A stretch of 64,000 bases of DNA from Cystobasidiomycetes sp. EMM_F5 (taxonomy: Eukaryota), in assembly GCA_051047955.1 (NCBI GenBank), contig JBPGPT010000005.1:124001-188000 (forward strand), written 5' to 3'. A program made the translations under genes and the position numbers. Shown here in pieces: positions 34,949-48,778 of this stretch (its first letter is position 1; the number at the start of each line of letters is the position of its first letter). Under the pieces are notes generated by a model. The model ran no database searches, was not told where the DNA came from, and saw only the letters and a program-made list of their open reading frames with translations.

Positions 34949-37254
34949 CTATCTCGATTTTCCTTGCTCCCCTATCAGCCCTGGCATGATTTCCACCATC
35001 TCTGGCTTGAGATCTGCAATCGAATTAGCGCCCAGCATCCGCATGCCAGTGTATATTTCGTCTGACAGCACTGTATTTGATTGATACATCGACTAATCAG
35101 TCCACAGTGGTTGCGAGGGGAAGGCGAGGCAGCTGACGCTTACATTGTAATGCTTTCAAGATCCCTTGTTGACCGTAGCAAGCGGAAGCATACATTGGTG
35201 TTCTTCCTATTCCTACTCCTTTTGCGCCGAGGCATAGCGCTTTCAAGACGCTACGGGTGAAGTCTCAGTGTTGCAATATCAAGAATGCTTGGATTACATA
35301 CTCTGTTCCGCGAGTGACACCGCCGTCAATGTAGACTTCAGTCTTTTTCAGAAGATCTGGGCGCTCTCTCTGGAGTCTAGCTAGCACGGCGAGTGGAGGA
35401 GGCTGCAGCGAGACGGACGTCAGTACTATCATACAGCGCTGACGTGCGACGTGGACGTCTTTACAACTTACACTGAAATCAAGTTGCCGTCCCTGGAGGT
35501 ATATAAGCGATTAGGCATTTCGAGCAGACAGCCGACATTTGCAGCAATCACTTACGCCGTGATTTGACAATACGACACCATCTGCTCCAGCTTCCACGGC
35601 TTTTGCGACATCGTTAACGTTGAGCAATCCTTTCACGATGACTGGCACACCGGGCGCAACGCTCTTGATCCATCCAACTTCGGCATACGTGACGGATGCT
35701 GAAGAAAACAGCGCTTCAGTCATCTGCGTGCCGAATCGACGACGACTACACTCACGATCGATTGGACCGACAGACAACGGCGTGAGACCCTTGACTTCGA
35801 CATCAGTTGCCATTGCCGATAACTTGAGGCGTTCGGGATGAGCTTGATTAATCTCATGATTTCCCATAGTCGGCGCATCGACAGTCAATATGATGGCATC
35901 GACTTTGGCTGCTGCTGCTTGTTTGATCTGCTTGATGTTGCTCGTACGGTCTCGTCTTACGTAGATCTGCCACCACATGGGCGGTAATTGCCCGCCAGAT
36001 TGATCTGCTAGATTCTGACGCTCCTCCAACAGCTCCTCGAGGCTCACGCTGGCTCCATTGGACACGCCTTGGACAATGCCTGTTTGAGCCGAGACGCGTA
36101 ATGAATTGTATTCTCCTTCCGGATGGACAGACCGGTTCTGACCGGTAGGACAGATGATGACGGGTATAGGGGATTTGCGAGACATTATCGTCGTTGATGG
36201 ATCGACGTTTGTGACATCTACGGCCAAGTTTGGAATGAAGCGTACGAAATTGTATGATTCGCGATTGGCGTTGAAGGCTCCAGAGGGCGTGACGAATTAG
36301 CAAGAGTGCACTTTTTCACGAAATACCTTGCAAGCTCACTATGGCCATCGTCCGAGTATGAAGAAGCGTATTTCCAACCCTGACTGTTCTCACCCAGGAC
36401 GTGCTTTGCGAGACGCTCAAACGTTGCAATGTTGAGAATGGTAGACAGCGGCGGTAGTTGATCTCTTCGAGCTTGGATCTCTTCGGCATCGGCGCCCGCT
36501 GCCAGTGTCGGGGGAAAGGAGGGATCCACCTGTCCTCTAATATTGTCTTTTGTTAGATGCTCCTCGAGCGTTCCTTTCGGATGTAATTGCTGGAACAGCT
36601 TTGTGACGTCCTTTCCGCCATGTTCGAGTATGAGTTCTTGACCACCGGGCTGGATTATAGTGGATACATCAGTCGCGCACTCGTTGATTGGCCACGCAGC
36701 GACTCACGTGTGCTTCTATAAACTCGGTGACGCTTGTGGAGAAGGGTACACATTAGTTGCGATGCAGAATGTTCCTCTACGTCTTTAACCTCACTCGTAC
36801 ACGATATCCCCAATGCATACCCAGCAGTCATCCTTCCTGTTGTGCTTGAGCAGTTCGATGCCGGTAATGCGACGGGCGTCTTTAGCTCTATCGCTATCCT
36901 TGGACGAAGGATGCGCGTTAGAGTATGGAGAGGGAGAGGGTGAAGGTGCGTCTGCCCGTATGGGCGACTGACGGCGTGTCTAGAGATTAGAGTCATTAGC
37001 CAGCTTGCCATGGGGCAAGAAGATTAACAGCAATCCACCAGCAACCACGCCGCAGCAGCGCCAGCAGCAGCAACACCCAACCAGCTCAGTCGCGATGATA
37101 TCTGCGATGGCACTGCCCTTGCGCTGTCCACCTGAGCCTGGCTGGCAATACTTCGCCAGCTTCCGGCTCTATACGGTCTCTGTCGGGCAGCTCGCACTCT
37201 GGCAGCGCACACCCTGTAGCCCGTAGCACTCCGGACGCCAGCACTGGTCGACAT
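34949..37254 (-). CDS. Flavocytochrome b2 (cytochrome b5 + FMN alpha-hydroxy-acid dehydrogenase), mandelate-dehydrogenase-like
   Basis: Presequence and TM helix; [14 protein letters not shown] (b5); WWQIY, LTVDAP, IVKG, SNHGGRQLD, DGGVTRG. Confidence 0.88.
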
Positions 37255-37714
37255 TTCTGCAGGTTGGACGGCAATATATTATCAGACACCTTTGAGAGCA
37301 AGTCGTGGTACACACGTTATATACAACATGACCTCTGGCCGTCGATAGCCGGGGTAAATAACATCAAGCCTGCAAATTGTGTCAGTCACCGCAGCATCGG
37401 CGGGCGCAGCGAGCACAGCGGTGATGAGCGAGTGTGATTCTGCAGTAGTAACAGCGTGCTCCGCCAGCTATGTGTTCATTTGACGCGTAGAGCTGTATCA
37501 TACCATATGCACGGTCTAGAGTATCCGCCATCCGAGCGGCAGGCGATACATACATCCTGCAATGCATGTTCCAGCTGTAACGTCCAGTCCGGTCAGAGCG
37601 CTGCTACTACGCTGGTCATGCCGAGTAGAAATATTTTCCGATCAGCCTCGAGCTCTGGCTGTCATGACTTGGTTTCAATTCGGCTTTTGTCTTTCCTCAA
37701 GTCTCCTACAAATC

Positions 37715-39269
37715 ATGCTCCGTCGTGCTCTGTCCACCGGTCGGGCGCGGCTGGCGCAATCCTCCCAAACTCCACCCCCATCGCCAGTCCAGCTGCTCCA
37801 GTCGCTGTCGACCCAAAACCAAGTCAACGCAGTCCTCGCTTCGCACTCGGCCTACGTTCTAAACACCTATGCCAGACCGGCCTTCATCCTATCGCACGGC
37901 AAGGGAATATACCTCTACGACACCCAGTCCCGTCAATATCTAGACTTTACAGCTGGCATTGCAGTCAACGCTCTCGGCCACGCTGATCCAGGTGTAGCCA
38001 AAGTGCTCGAAGAACAGAGCAAGCAGCTCCTCCACTGCTCAAACCTGTTCCATCACATATGGAGCGGCGAGCTGGCCAAACTACTGATTGAACAGACAAA
38101 GAAGTATGGAGGATTGGGATACGAGGCAGAAGCTACAGCAGGATTGATTCACGAGACATTGTCAGTCAAGGATACCGACGCAACTACACAAGCAATCGAG
38201 ACCGTCACAAGCGGCCTGAAAGTATTCTTCGCCAGTCAGTCATATCCCCCGTCCTAATCGACTGGCGTAGCGCTGACTCGTGTGTTACTGTAAGACTCCG
38301 GTACAGAAGCTACTGAAGGAGCTCTCAAGTTTGGTCGCAAATACGGCAAGCTGGTCGACGCCTCCGGCCAAAAGATTGAAGTCGTGTCATACAACGACGG
38401 CTTCCACGGTCGGTCATTCGGCGCACTCTCTGCGACATGGCAGGAAAAGTACCAAGCTCCTTTTGCACCTTTGCTGCCTGGCTTCAAGGAGGGCGTCTAC
38501 AATGAGATCGAAAGCGTCAAGACGGACATTACAGAAAAGACGTGCGCTGTTCTCATTGAACCCATACAAGGAGAGGGTGGCATAATGCCCGCAAACGAAG
38601 AATGGTTGCGGGCAGTGCGACAGCGTTGCGATGAAGTGAATGCAGTCCTCATCTTTGACGAAATCCAGGTGAGTCTGCGGTATTTACAAACTTGCTCAGA
38701 CGATGTTGAAAATCGTTTCTATTTCTCAGTGTGGTCTCGGCCGCACTGGCAAATTATGGGCGCATTCTTGGTTTCCCAAAGACTGTCATCCGGACGTCGT
38801 GACGCTGGCCAAGCCGCTCGCAAACGGTATTCCAGTAGGAGCCATCCTGATGAAGGACAAGATTGCAGACGTCATCAAGCTAGGCGATCACGGCACTACG
38901 TTTGGCGGTGCGCCGCTACAGACAAGAGTCGCGCATCATGTCTTGTCTGTGATTACTCAGCCCGACTTTTTGGGCAAGGTGCAGCGCGTGGGAACATATC
39001 TACGGAAAAAGCTGGATGGTCTTGCCCACAAATACCCAACGCTGGTCGCGTCTCCCGTTCGCGGACGCGGTCTGATGCAGGGTCTACCACTCGCGAACGC
39101 TCAGCTGCCTGGAAAAGCAGCCGAGATGTGCCGGGATAGGGGAGTTCTCATCCTCACGTGCGGCCGCAACACGCTTCGTTTCGTGCCGAGTCTGATAGTG
39201 GAAGAGAAGGACGTGGACGTCGCGATAGACGCATTAGATGAAGTGTTAGCAGAATTAGCAAAGGCGTGA
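37715..39269 (+). CDS. ARG8: Mitochondrial acetylornithine aminotransferase
   Basis: YLDFTAGIAVNALGH, FHGRSFGALSAT, IEPIQGEGG, LIFDEIQCGLGRTG, TLAKPLANG, HGTTFGG. Confidence 0.93.
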
Positions 39270-39372
39270 AGGGAGGACTGTCGATAGATGCGAGCATGAA
39301 TTGATGATGTTGACAACAACAGTGTATTAATGAATCACGGAGCTACTGCAAGAACAGACTGCGGAAGTTCAG

Positions 39373-40226
39373 TCAAAATAATTCATTCTCGTCACGGAGG
39401 TATTCCCCAATATCGCTGCGATGCCAACGTTAGTCGGTATATCGTTATTTAACGTGTACTCGGCTTACGCCTGGTTATATACTAGGATGCCAGTCGGATC
39501 CAGTTTCCGGCTGTCGATGGAGGATTTGGCGGTAACTCCAAACCCAAGCGGAACGTCGCTCATATTGTAGATGACAACCCCCTGATGCTCGGGCGTGTCT
39601 TCTGTGATTCTGCCTAGATGAGCCTTGACGACGTGATTGCCGTAAAGATATGGCATTTCGCCATTAGGTTTTATCCAGACCTGGGAAAAGCAAGAATGTC
39701 GGTTAGCTTTCTCGGAATCCGTCTCGAGGCACCGCAGACAGACCTTGTACTTTGCATATTTCGCCATCCAGTCCAACGCAGTAACGTGTAATCTGAATTT
39801 GCGAGTCTTGCTGAATTTACCCATGCACGTTCCCAGCATTGCGAGATTTGGACGAGCAATGCTTGTCGCTTGCTTCATGATGGCTTCAGAGACATAGTAT
39901 ACACGGTCTCTATCTAGAATTTCCATAATTTCGCCGACACCAGTCAGAAGACTGCCTCGATTGGTCCCTCAATTCGCTCCAACTCACGCAGTCTGAAGCA
40001 CATTGCTTCACTGTCTGGCCTGTCGACGAGCTGCACCAGGTTGCTACCCAGATATTTTGACAGCTTCTGAAACAGCGTCTGATCGGGTCGGCTCGAATGT
40101 CAGTGTGAGCTCGCAGCCATGGTCGCATCCAGGCTCGCATCCACCTTTGTCTCCTCCTCCGTTAATGGACGCCTGCAAGGTTCAGTCAGCATGGCTCCTC
40201 TGGCATAGTCTGTCAAACACGCACAT
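39373..40226 (-). CDS. NIP7: 60S ribosome biogenesis protein Nip7
   Basis: Spliced [10 protein letters not shown]..., [62 protein letters not shown]. Confidence 0.95.
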
Positions 40227-40329
40227 TTTTCAGATTGGTGTCGGAGGGAAAGCTGTCCTAAACGCCACACTGCAGGACGTCCAAAATGATTACTGTTATT
40301 GCGACTGCGATGAAGACTATCTAGCACTT

Positions 40330-41568
40330 TTACAATGTTCTTATGAACGAGTCGTAGCGCCGCCTAATGGCTATCAATCGGTCTGCCGGCGTATCGCATG
40401 AATTCCAAACATTATCGCTGCCAAGCGTCGGCAGTCCATACTGCTCGATTACATAAGACGACGCTACGGATCCGTAAAGACAAGCCTGCTCTAAGTCACC
40501 TTTCGTGAGATGAGCTCCGGCCATGAGACCGCCCTGTTCGATCTACCTCAGTGAATATGTCATGGTGCGGTCTGACGTCGCGACGTACAAGGAAAGCATT
40601 GCCGGCTCCCGTTACATCCACAACTTTTTCTGCACTTTGGTAGTACGCAGGTACCCATACACCCTTTTCCGTTCGAGCGTTGCCCTTGCGTTGTTTGACA
40701 AAAGCCCCCATCTTACCGCTGCGAATAATCACATTATTGTGGGCGCCCTCGTCCAAGAACCGCTGAGCAAGTTCTTCGATAGTCGCTTGCTTGTCGACAG
40801 CTTTCCACCCGCCGACGTCTTCCAGAGGGCGACCGTAGAAAGTACCAGCCTCTTCATGATTAGGCGAAAAGTAGTGAACTCGCGGGAGGACTTTGCGAAG
40901 TGCTGGCATTTCGCTTGGTATACACATGTCCGGAATAGGCTCATAGACTAGCTGCGTTAGATCCGTCCAGCCATAGTCGTCGACCTCTCTGATGATTTCT
41001 AATGCCCGCTTGGGCGCACATACGAAATGCAAGTAGTGGGGCGCTCGCAGTCGTGTAGGCCGGAGGTCTGATGGGGAGATGCGCCGCTGTACTCAATTAT
41101 GAGACAAGGCTCCACCTAGTCTGTGTGTGATATATTCGCTCACCTTTGGCGTCAGATATTCGAAGCCCCGGGTTTCGCCATTGTACGTCGCGCGGGCCTA
41201 TCGATTTGTCAACGTTGCACTGCACTCGTTAGTTCGTCCTGCAATCATACCTTGGTCGTTAACCTGCTAGCATCGTCTCGATATGTCCAGCATCGACCGT
41301 AGGAGTCTAGACCACGCTGCCACGCATCTTGCCAATCACTGCCGCGGTCTACAATCATGCCAATCTCGGAGGCTTCAAGGAACATACGGGCGGCAGAGAT
41401 CACGTAGGTTCCGCCTCCGCCTATTTGATCCGGGACTGCTGGGAGCGGAGGTGCGAAATGAAACTCGTCAATGATGAACATTCCCAGCGTGGTGCACACC
41501 ACGCGGTCATCATCGTCAGGCTTCGGTAATGTGTGGTCGTAGGGATGAGGTGGAGACGAAAGAGGCAT
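40330..41568 (-). CDS. PfkB/ribokinase-family protein (Mak32-like)
   Basis: TLGMFIIDEF, QIGGGGTY, VYEPIP, SPNHEEA, VVDVTGAGNAFLGG, GSVASSYVIEQYGLP. Confidence 0.87.
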
Positions 41569-41778
41569 GGCCGCACCCCTCACTGCGCAAGAAGCAGAGG
41601 CTCGATGCGGCTAGGACATACTGCCTCCTGTTATCAAACTGCATTGCGAGAACTGATATTGGGGGACCCGTCTGATCGTGAAAAGTCCACCGTAGCATTA
41701 CCGCGTACAGCGACTTCAACATCATTCAACGACAATATATAAACATCTGGCATAAAATGCCTCCCCTTATTTACAGCA

Positions 41779-44700
41779 TCACCCTCTCCTCCTCTGCGGG
41801 CGTCGACTTGACGAGCCGGAATCACGATTGTTCTGCAAGCGAGATGCATCAGCTTGAACGCTTTGGCGCTGTGTACTCGCGTCACCAACATCGTCATTGC
41901 GCCCTCGAGGCGCTAATCTATCGGCTAGACCCCTAGGCGTGGTTTCTCTGGACGGCCTGTCACGACTTCTTGCGTCTTCTACAGCTGGGGTAGCAGGCGT
42001 TACCGGACTGGAAATGTCCCCATCCAGTGGTACCTGGCTATCAGTCCTTGACAGCTTCGGACTGGCCTCGAGGCGGGCATTATGTTGTTGTGCTGAGCTC
42101 AACGCAGAAACAGCGGAAGCTGCTGATCTGATGCGCAGACCTTGCGCATTGGCGTCTCGAGCTGTTGCCCGACCTTTGATGCTGGTGGAGCCTGCAGCGG
42201 GTCGCGCCGTAGCTGAAGCATCAGGCGCAGCTTGTCGGTCAGCGCGAGGACCGGACGGTGGCGTATCTTCTGTTCTCCGACGCTTAGAATCACGATCATC
42301 GTTTGCTGAGCCCGTTGGGCCCGGCGCATCGGCAATGGGTACGGCTGAATCTGCAGACCTCTTGAGCTCGCGAGACGAGCCGAGCGAAACGTCGCCAACA
42401 GCTGCAGATGAGTGTTGTATGACAGACGCTGGTGTTACCTTAACAGTCGCGGCATCGTATTTGTCGTCCCTTTGATTGCTAACACCAGCAATCTTGCGAT
42501 CTTCACGCCGGCGTTCACGGCCATCCCCACGTTCCCTATCACGGTTCTTGTCTCTGTCCTGGTCTCTCTCTCTTTCCCGTGGCCTGTCTCTGTCCTTGAA
42601 CACGTCGCGGTCTTTGTCCCGGTCGCGGCGATCTTCCTCTCGGGTTCTGCTAGGCAGCTCTCCTGGTCGCACGCGCTCGAGCTCTCGACGGCTTCCATCT
42701 GGCCTGCTAGCTCGCTCAGGCTCCCGGTCCTTCCGAAGCGCATCCGGTCCGTTGCGATCTCGGTCGCGGTGCCTATCACTTCCCGATCTCTGTCTGTCCA
42801 TGTCTCTGTCTGGACGGGTTTCCCGTTGGCGATCCGACTCCCGTTCTCTAACGCGATCAGATCGACCGTCACGGGAAGCGCGATCTCTGTCAGTATTACC
42901 ATGCTCGCCGCGACCACGATGGGATGAGTTGGAAGACTCGACACTGTTTGCTCGACTGGGCCGTCGTCTGTCTTGATCTCCGTTCCGGGGCGCCCTCCTA
43001 TCGTCCTTCGAGATGCTGCTGTCGTCGGAGATCCCCGGCCTGTTCTGTGCAGGAAGGCGGGAGGTATTGGGTTCAGATGGACGTACGAATTCTGTATTCT
43101 GTATACGGTGAGGTTCGTCCACCTCCATGCTATCCACGTTTTTCGAACCGGTCGTAGCGGAAAAGTTTGAAGCCCTTTGAGCATCATCACGTGGTTGATC
43201 GCTACGAGAATCGGAGACTCGTCCGCTCGATACTTCTCTTCTGCTTGCTTGTCGCTCTAGAGAGGGCTTGCTTGGTAGTGCGTGCGATGTTCGAGGGGCA
43301 GTTGGCAGTACGGTATCCGGCACTTTGCGCACGTCCGCAGCATGCGTGCTGACATGTTATGGTGTTTCAGCGCAGATTGCAAAAATTTCAGAAGAATGTG
43401 CACGCACGCTGCAGCCTCTCTGGCCGATACAATCGGCGCCTCTGATCGGCGCCTCTCCGCTTCTGTCTGCGGACGCGGAGGAAGGCCGCTAGGACGAGAT
43501 TGAGGTGTCGAGGACGGACTCGGAGCAGATGAAGGGATTGATGTCGCACTTGCGGTAGCATGCGGGACCGATGATGGAGGTGCGACAGTTGCGGATGGAG
43601 CTACAGCAGGCGCAGGCGATGGTGATGGAGAGAACGCCGCAAGAGCTTTCCCCGCGATAGTTACTGATTTATTGGCGACTGTGGGAACAGCTCCATTGGT
43701 ACCATTCTGGATAAGCGAGCAGTCAGATTGGTGCAATAGCAAACGTCGCCGTGTGACTTACCGTGCTTGCTACAACACCAGTCGCCGAGTCGGCCCAAGT
43801 CGACGATTGCTTTTTCAATAGAGCAGCATAACCCATTGCCAATACTTTGAGATCCTCTCGTTTCTCCTCGGATACGAGCTTAGCCACAACGCCTTCGAGT
43901 GTTGCTCCATGGTCCGAGAAGAAGGGGAAGAATTTCGCAATCTTGGTGAGGATGAGTATCGCATTTCTGACGCACATATAGTCTGCCGACTCAATGCATG
44001 CCGTAACGGCCTTGGTACAAAGCCAGTCAGCGATGCCGTTTCTCACGTGGAAAGACGAAAAAACGGCTCACATTGACCATTTTATTGTGCCATTTTTTAC
44101 TGATAGTGCGATACTCTTTATGCTGTAAGAAATCGCCCTCAGGAATGTTATCACCAGCCTGTCTTGTGCCCCAGATCCTTTGGAACCCTGGCAGACTACC
44201 CCCGATGGCTTGTTTGTTGTACGTCGATTCGTCCACGAACCAAGCGCTCAAATCGGCCAAGCAATCGTGTAGGAAGCGAGCTGGGAGTATCTCTTTGAGC
44301 GCGAGGCATTTATTATGTGAGGCAACCCGCGCGAAACTCACCGTAATTTCTAGCTTCGCCCTCAGTCACGTGAAATATAATAACCGCCAACTCGTCACTG
44401 AATATCTGCAACCCACAGTCAGCTAAACTTGATTGACCAGCCTTTCATGACTCTCACTCTGTCATAAACATGCAGGGAAGGATAATTGGGTGTCCCATGG
44501 TTGTGGAGTATACGAATAAACCGCGCGCAGAAGGATGCATCCACAGGCGAGAGTTTAGCGCGAGGAGTTATGCATTCTTGCAGGAAATACTGAACGATGA
44601 TTTTACGGGCTAGACTCATCTCCTTGACCTTTGCAGCCGCATTCCCAGGCTTGAACCAGTGAGCCTTTTCTTGATTGATTCGACGCCTAGTGGCTTCGTA

Positions 44701-47700
44701 AACTTCTGTGTTGGCTTGAAGGTCGGAATTGAGATCCCCGATGACATTGACAAGTCGTTCAAGACTCTTACGCTTGTCGGTTTCGGCAGCCCTGTCTAGC
44801 ACTTGTCCCGGATATGTTGGCACGCGCAGGGAAGCTTCAGTCTCGCGTACGAGCCCATTTAAGCGTTTAATTTCCTCTTCATAACGGGAAATTGGTAGCA
44901 GTATCTCATGCAAAGACAATTGCCAGAATGTCACGAAGAACCCAGCCCTGTTTCCATGAATGTTTAGTCCGTAGTTACTTGTTCGCAAGCAATGCAGTGT
45001 TCTCGCTCACGTAACATATAGCTGCATAGCTTCCGGTAGCTTTGTCTCTGCGGTGATGACGCTCTCGCGTAATGCTGGGTGCCAGATAGCCTTAGATTTT
45101 GCTGACCAGTTGACCATGGCAGTCGGATCAGTGACGTCCTGGACGATGTCTGCTTTGTCGTCTATCACGGTCGCAGTGCCGAGAGCAGGCTCCACTTTTA
45201 CCTCCTCAACAGGCTTTTCATCAGGTTGAATAGCTGTTGTTGATGTCTTGGCAGCTTCAGCTCGCTGACGAGATGCTCGGGCTTCTTCTCTCAAGCGATC
45301 CATATCACGCAACCGCGACGGATCGGACTTTAGAATGGCAGCCTGCAAGACAGGGCGGACGATATGGAAAGAGACGGTTGCGTCAATACCACATGTCTCC
45401 CACAGGTCATGTAGAGTCGGCACAAGCGAGTTGTATTCATCGCGACTGAACTGGTATGTTAGGAAATCAATATACTGAAAAAGAATCTGTTGACTCTGGT
45501 CGAACAAGTTGCCAAGGTACTTAAGTGGCGCGTCTTCGTCGCCATATATACAATCTTGACGTTGTAAGGCGACGGCTACAAGCAGCGGAACGACCAGATT
45601 TGAGTCGGTCAACGCGGCCTTCAAACGCGCCGTAGAGCGCTTAGTCGCTCCCTTACGTTCGACCAGGGTAGTAGGATTCAGTGCTTCTGTTTGAAGGGTT
45701 CGGCCACCGCCGAGTGCCACAACCTGACTGTCCGAAAGATCTGATACTGGTTCAATGCCGCTCATTCTAGTGATGAGTTCTCTCAAAACGATGAGATCCT
45801 TTGAATTGCCATCGTGTAGCTGATTGAGTATGTATTGCAAGATTTGCGACACATCGATATTCCATCTTTTGCACAAAGTCCCGGCGAATGTCGCTAATCC
45901 CTGCAGCCAAAGGGAAACATTCGTGCCATCGGATTTCGTCCTGTCTTTCTCTGGGTTTGACAACGCATCGAGCAGAGAATATGCTAGCGCGTCGTACCCG
46001 AAGGGTGTCAGATACCGCGCACTTTCCACAATCGGAGTGATGAGATTATCGTAGCTCTGTATCTGATTGAGCGCAATGTCGAAAAGGATCAAGGGATTCG
46101 TATGCGCAATCTTCGCGAGAGATCTGCCAAATTGCTTGACATTATCTACCGATAATCTCTTCAGAAGGCCTTTGGCGTCTCGCTCGACCTCCGCGCGCTT
46201 GACACGTAATTCGGGCATACGCTTATACAACCGGTCCTTCCATTCGCCATACATAGCGAAGCGCGCCGTGTACGGAAAGTTCCGAACCAGTTCCCAGAAC
46301 TCTACGGCGAGCGCAGGGACAGGGTCCGACAAAGCTACAGCTGGTATGAGATGGAGGCGGATAATAGACGACCATTGTGCAAATTGAGTGTTGTCGTAAG
46401 CACGAGCAGGAGCAGTAGCGGCTTTTGCAATGCGGAGGATGCGAGCCAAAAATTGTGGGTTCGCGCCTGTATGAACCCCTACTACCTTTAACATAGGTAA
46501 GAGAATGTTGGCCAATTCATCCGGAGTTTGGCACGAGGGAAGCCGAGTGTTCCATTCCGGGAAAAAGAACGTAGGCTGTCTCCAAGTCCCATTGTGCGGC
46601 TTTGCAAGATCAAAAGGCTTCGTTGTTATCCACCGTGAAGGCGGACTGGTAGGCCGAACCTTCTTGTCAGTGGTGGAGTACCGCATCTTGGCTTGACTGA
46701 GATCGTTGCTTTTACTAGCGTCACCGCCATGTCGAGCAAATTCCGCGGACTGACTTGCCGATAGATAATACGGTTCAATGGAAGCATTACAGAACCGCAA
46801 GATTAGTGCTGCAATGTCGGGAAAGGGGTCACAGATCCACGAGTACGTTGCCAAGATGTATTGAGCTGGCTCTATCGCACCAATGCTGAGCAGGGCGCGC
46901 AACAGACCAACGCGGGAATTGGCTGGTTGTCGCTTGATTGGCGATTGCTGAGCTTCGTCAACGGTACTGCCTCCGTTGACAGTAATTGAAGCGGAGGCTG
47001 CACCCATGATAGACACGGACGCGCCATTCTGAGCTGAGCGTGGAGCTGGAACGTGATCTAGCGGCATGTCGTCTCCTAACACGCCAGCCATTGACAACGC
47101 ATTGCCTTTGGCATTTGCAATACGTTCGGAGATAACCTCAGCATAGTCGTCACGCAGCTGTTTCATTTCGTCGTCCGACGATGGATGCAACTGCCAATAT
47201 CGGTCAGATGAAAAGTCATGCCCATTTTCTGCAATCTACATACATGTGGCCAGAGACTGGGAAGGTCGATAAACCCATCCCAGATCAACAGTGCTGCTAG
47301 CAGAAAAAGCTTCTCCGACGGAACCTCGCCAGCTCCGTCATGCGACTGCGAAGTATTTCGTTATTACTGTGACTCTTTGCGAGATATATAGCCCAACAAC
47401 TTACCGAGTACCAAGCAAATTTGAAGCCTAAAATCTGTGCCACGACATTACCGCGACTTGGACTGGATTCCCCTGCCGGAGTGTATGAGCCTGTGTATGC
47501 GTCATCAAGCTTGGCAGCCCGTGCGCCATCGCCCCAAGGAGACGCCCGTAGAAGCTCGCGAAAGAAGACGTGATGTGTAGCTATATTGTCCTGGAAGGCG
47601 TCGAGGATTATGTCGAGAGCCCTCGATGGATCGAGGTCGAAATAGCCGATGAGGGCTTTGACGCGCAAGACTGTTTGCTCTGCTCTCGCAACAATGTCGG

Positions 47701-48499
47701 AACGTAACTCTATAGGTCGCGCAGTTCGAGCATCGTGCGGAGGACCCATGTTGTTCGTCAACTCGAGCGCCAATTTACTGTAACCTTCGGTTTCTTCTCG
47801 CAGCAGATTGAACTTTTGCTGTTTGTAAAGCAGGCTGGCTCGGAGTCGGGGCTCAGTCTTGTTCCAGTAGGCCCTTCTGTCCGCAGCAACAAGTCCAGAC
47901 GCCTGTAGCAACGGCAAGTCCAGCTGCAATCTAAGCGTATCGGTGTCCAAGACGCCCCGCTCCTGTGGATAATGTATGAACGACGGGCCTTCACTTGATA
48001 TTCTACACGGAGCCAGAACGTACGTGCAGAGTTTGGACCAAGCTTGCCAATGTCGCACTGGCACGGGCTTTCTCCTCGGGCGGACCATCTTCAATTATCT
48101 GATCCGTCGTCCAAATTACATCGATGAGCCTTTGCTTCCCGCTGAGCTCAGCCGCACTGCTGCCAGGGTTCGCAGACGACGAAGGCAGCGAATCAAAGTA
48201 GGCCTTGCTGAGTTCAGCGAAGCGCTGCGTCTTTGCGGCCGCTGATGCAGGATCCGGACTGGGCTGCAGAACAGCTGCTACGGCCTCAAACAGCCTGGCC
48301 AGATCCTCGAACAGGCTGAAGCTGCGGGACCCATTGTCGAGAATGCCGGCGTAAACCGTCGTTGGTGACGAAATATCAGCTTTGTTGCGTTGCTTTCGAC
48401 CGTAGGTCTCGAGGCAGCGAAGGCCGGGACTGACAGCTGCATTGGGGTGACGGCGTCCACGTCGGGGAACTGCTGCATATCCAGCAGAACTTCAGCCAT
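41779..48499 (-). CDS. THO2: THO complex subunit 2, multi-exon
   Basis: LYKQQKFNLLREETEGYSKL, IGYFDLDPSRALDIILD, QIQSYDNLI, FFVTFWQLSLHEI, YMCVRNAILILTKI; R/D-rich C-terminal tail. Confidence 0.95.
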
Positions 48500-48778
48500 G
48501 ACTGCGAGCGGCAGGTGACACCGTAGTGTGAACGCAATAAACCGTGGAGGTAATCGACCGGCACTTGACTCTTTATTTTCATAACATACAACGGGAACGA
48601 GCGAAACTTCCGAGGATACTCAGATCACAATCCCTCGACTCCTGAGGGAACTCAGCATTTGCAGCCAGTTGTTTTTCGGTGGGGCTGAAAACGATGATCT
48701 CGCCGAGCCAGCAGCTCAAGCGGAGACGGCTGACGTGATTCTTTTTGCGGCATGCAGATGCTTCGCGAAATTGATGTT

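Noticed and set aside
41897..42976. Long antisense and alternative-frame ORFs over the THO2 C-terminus
   Set aside because: Expected shadow ORFs of an R/D/E-rich low-complexity tail
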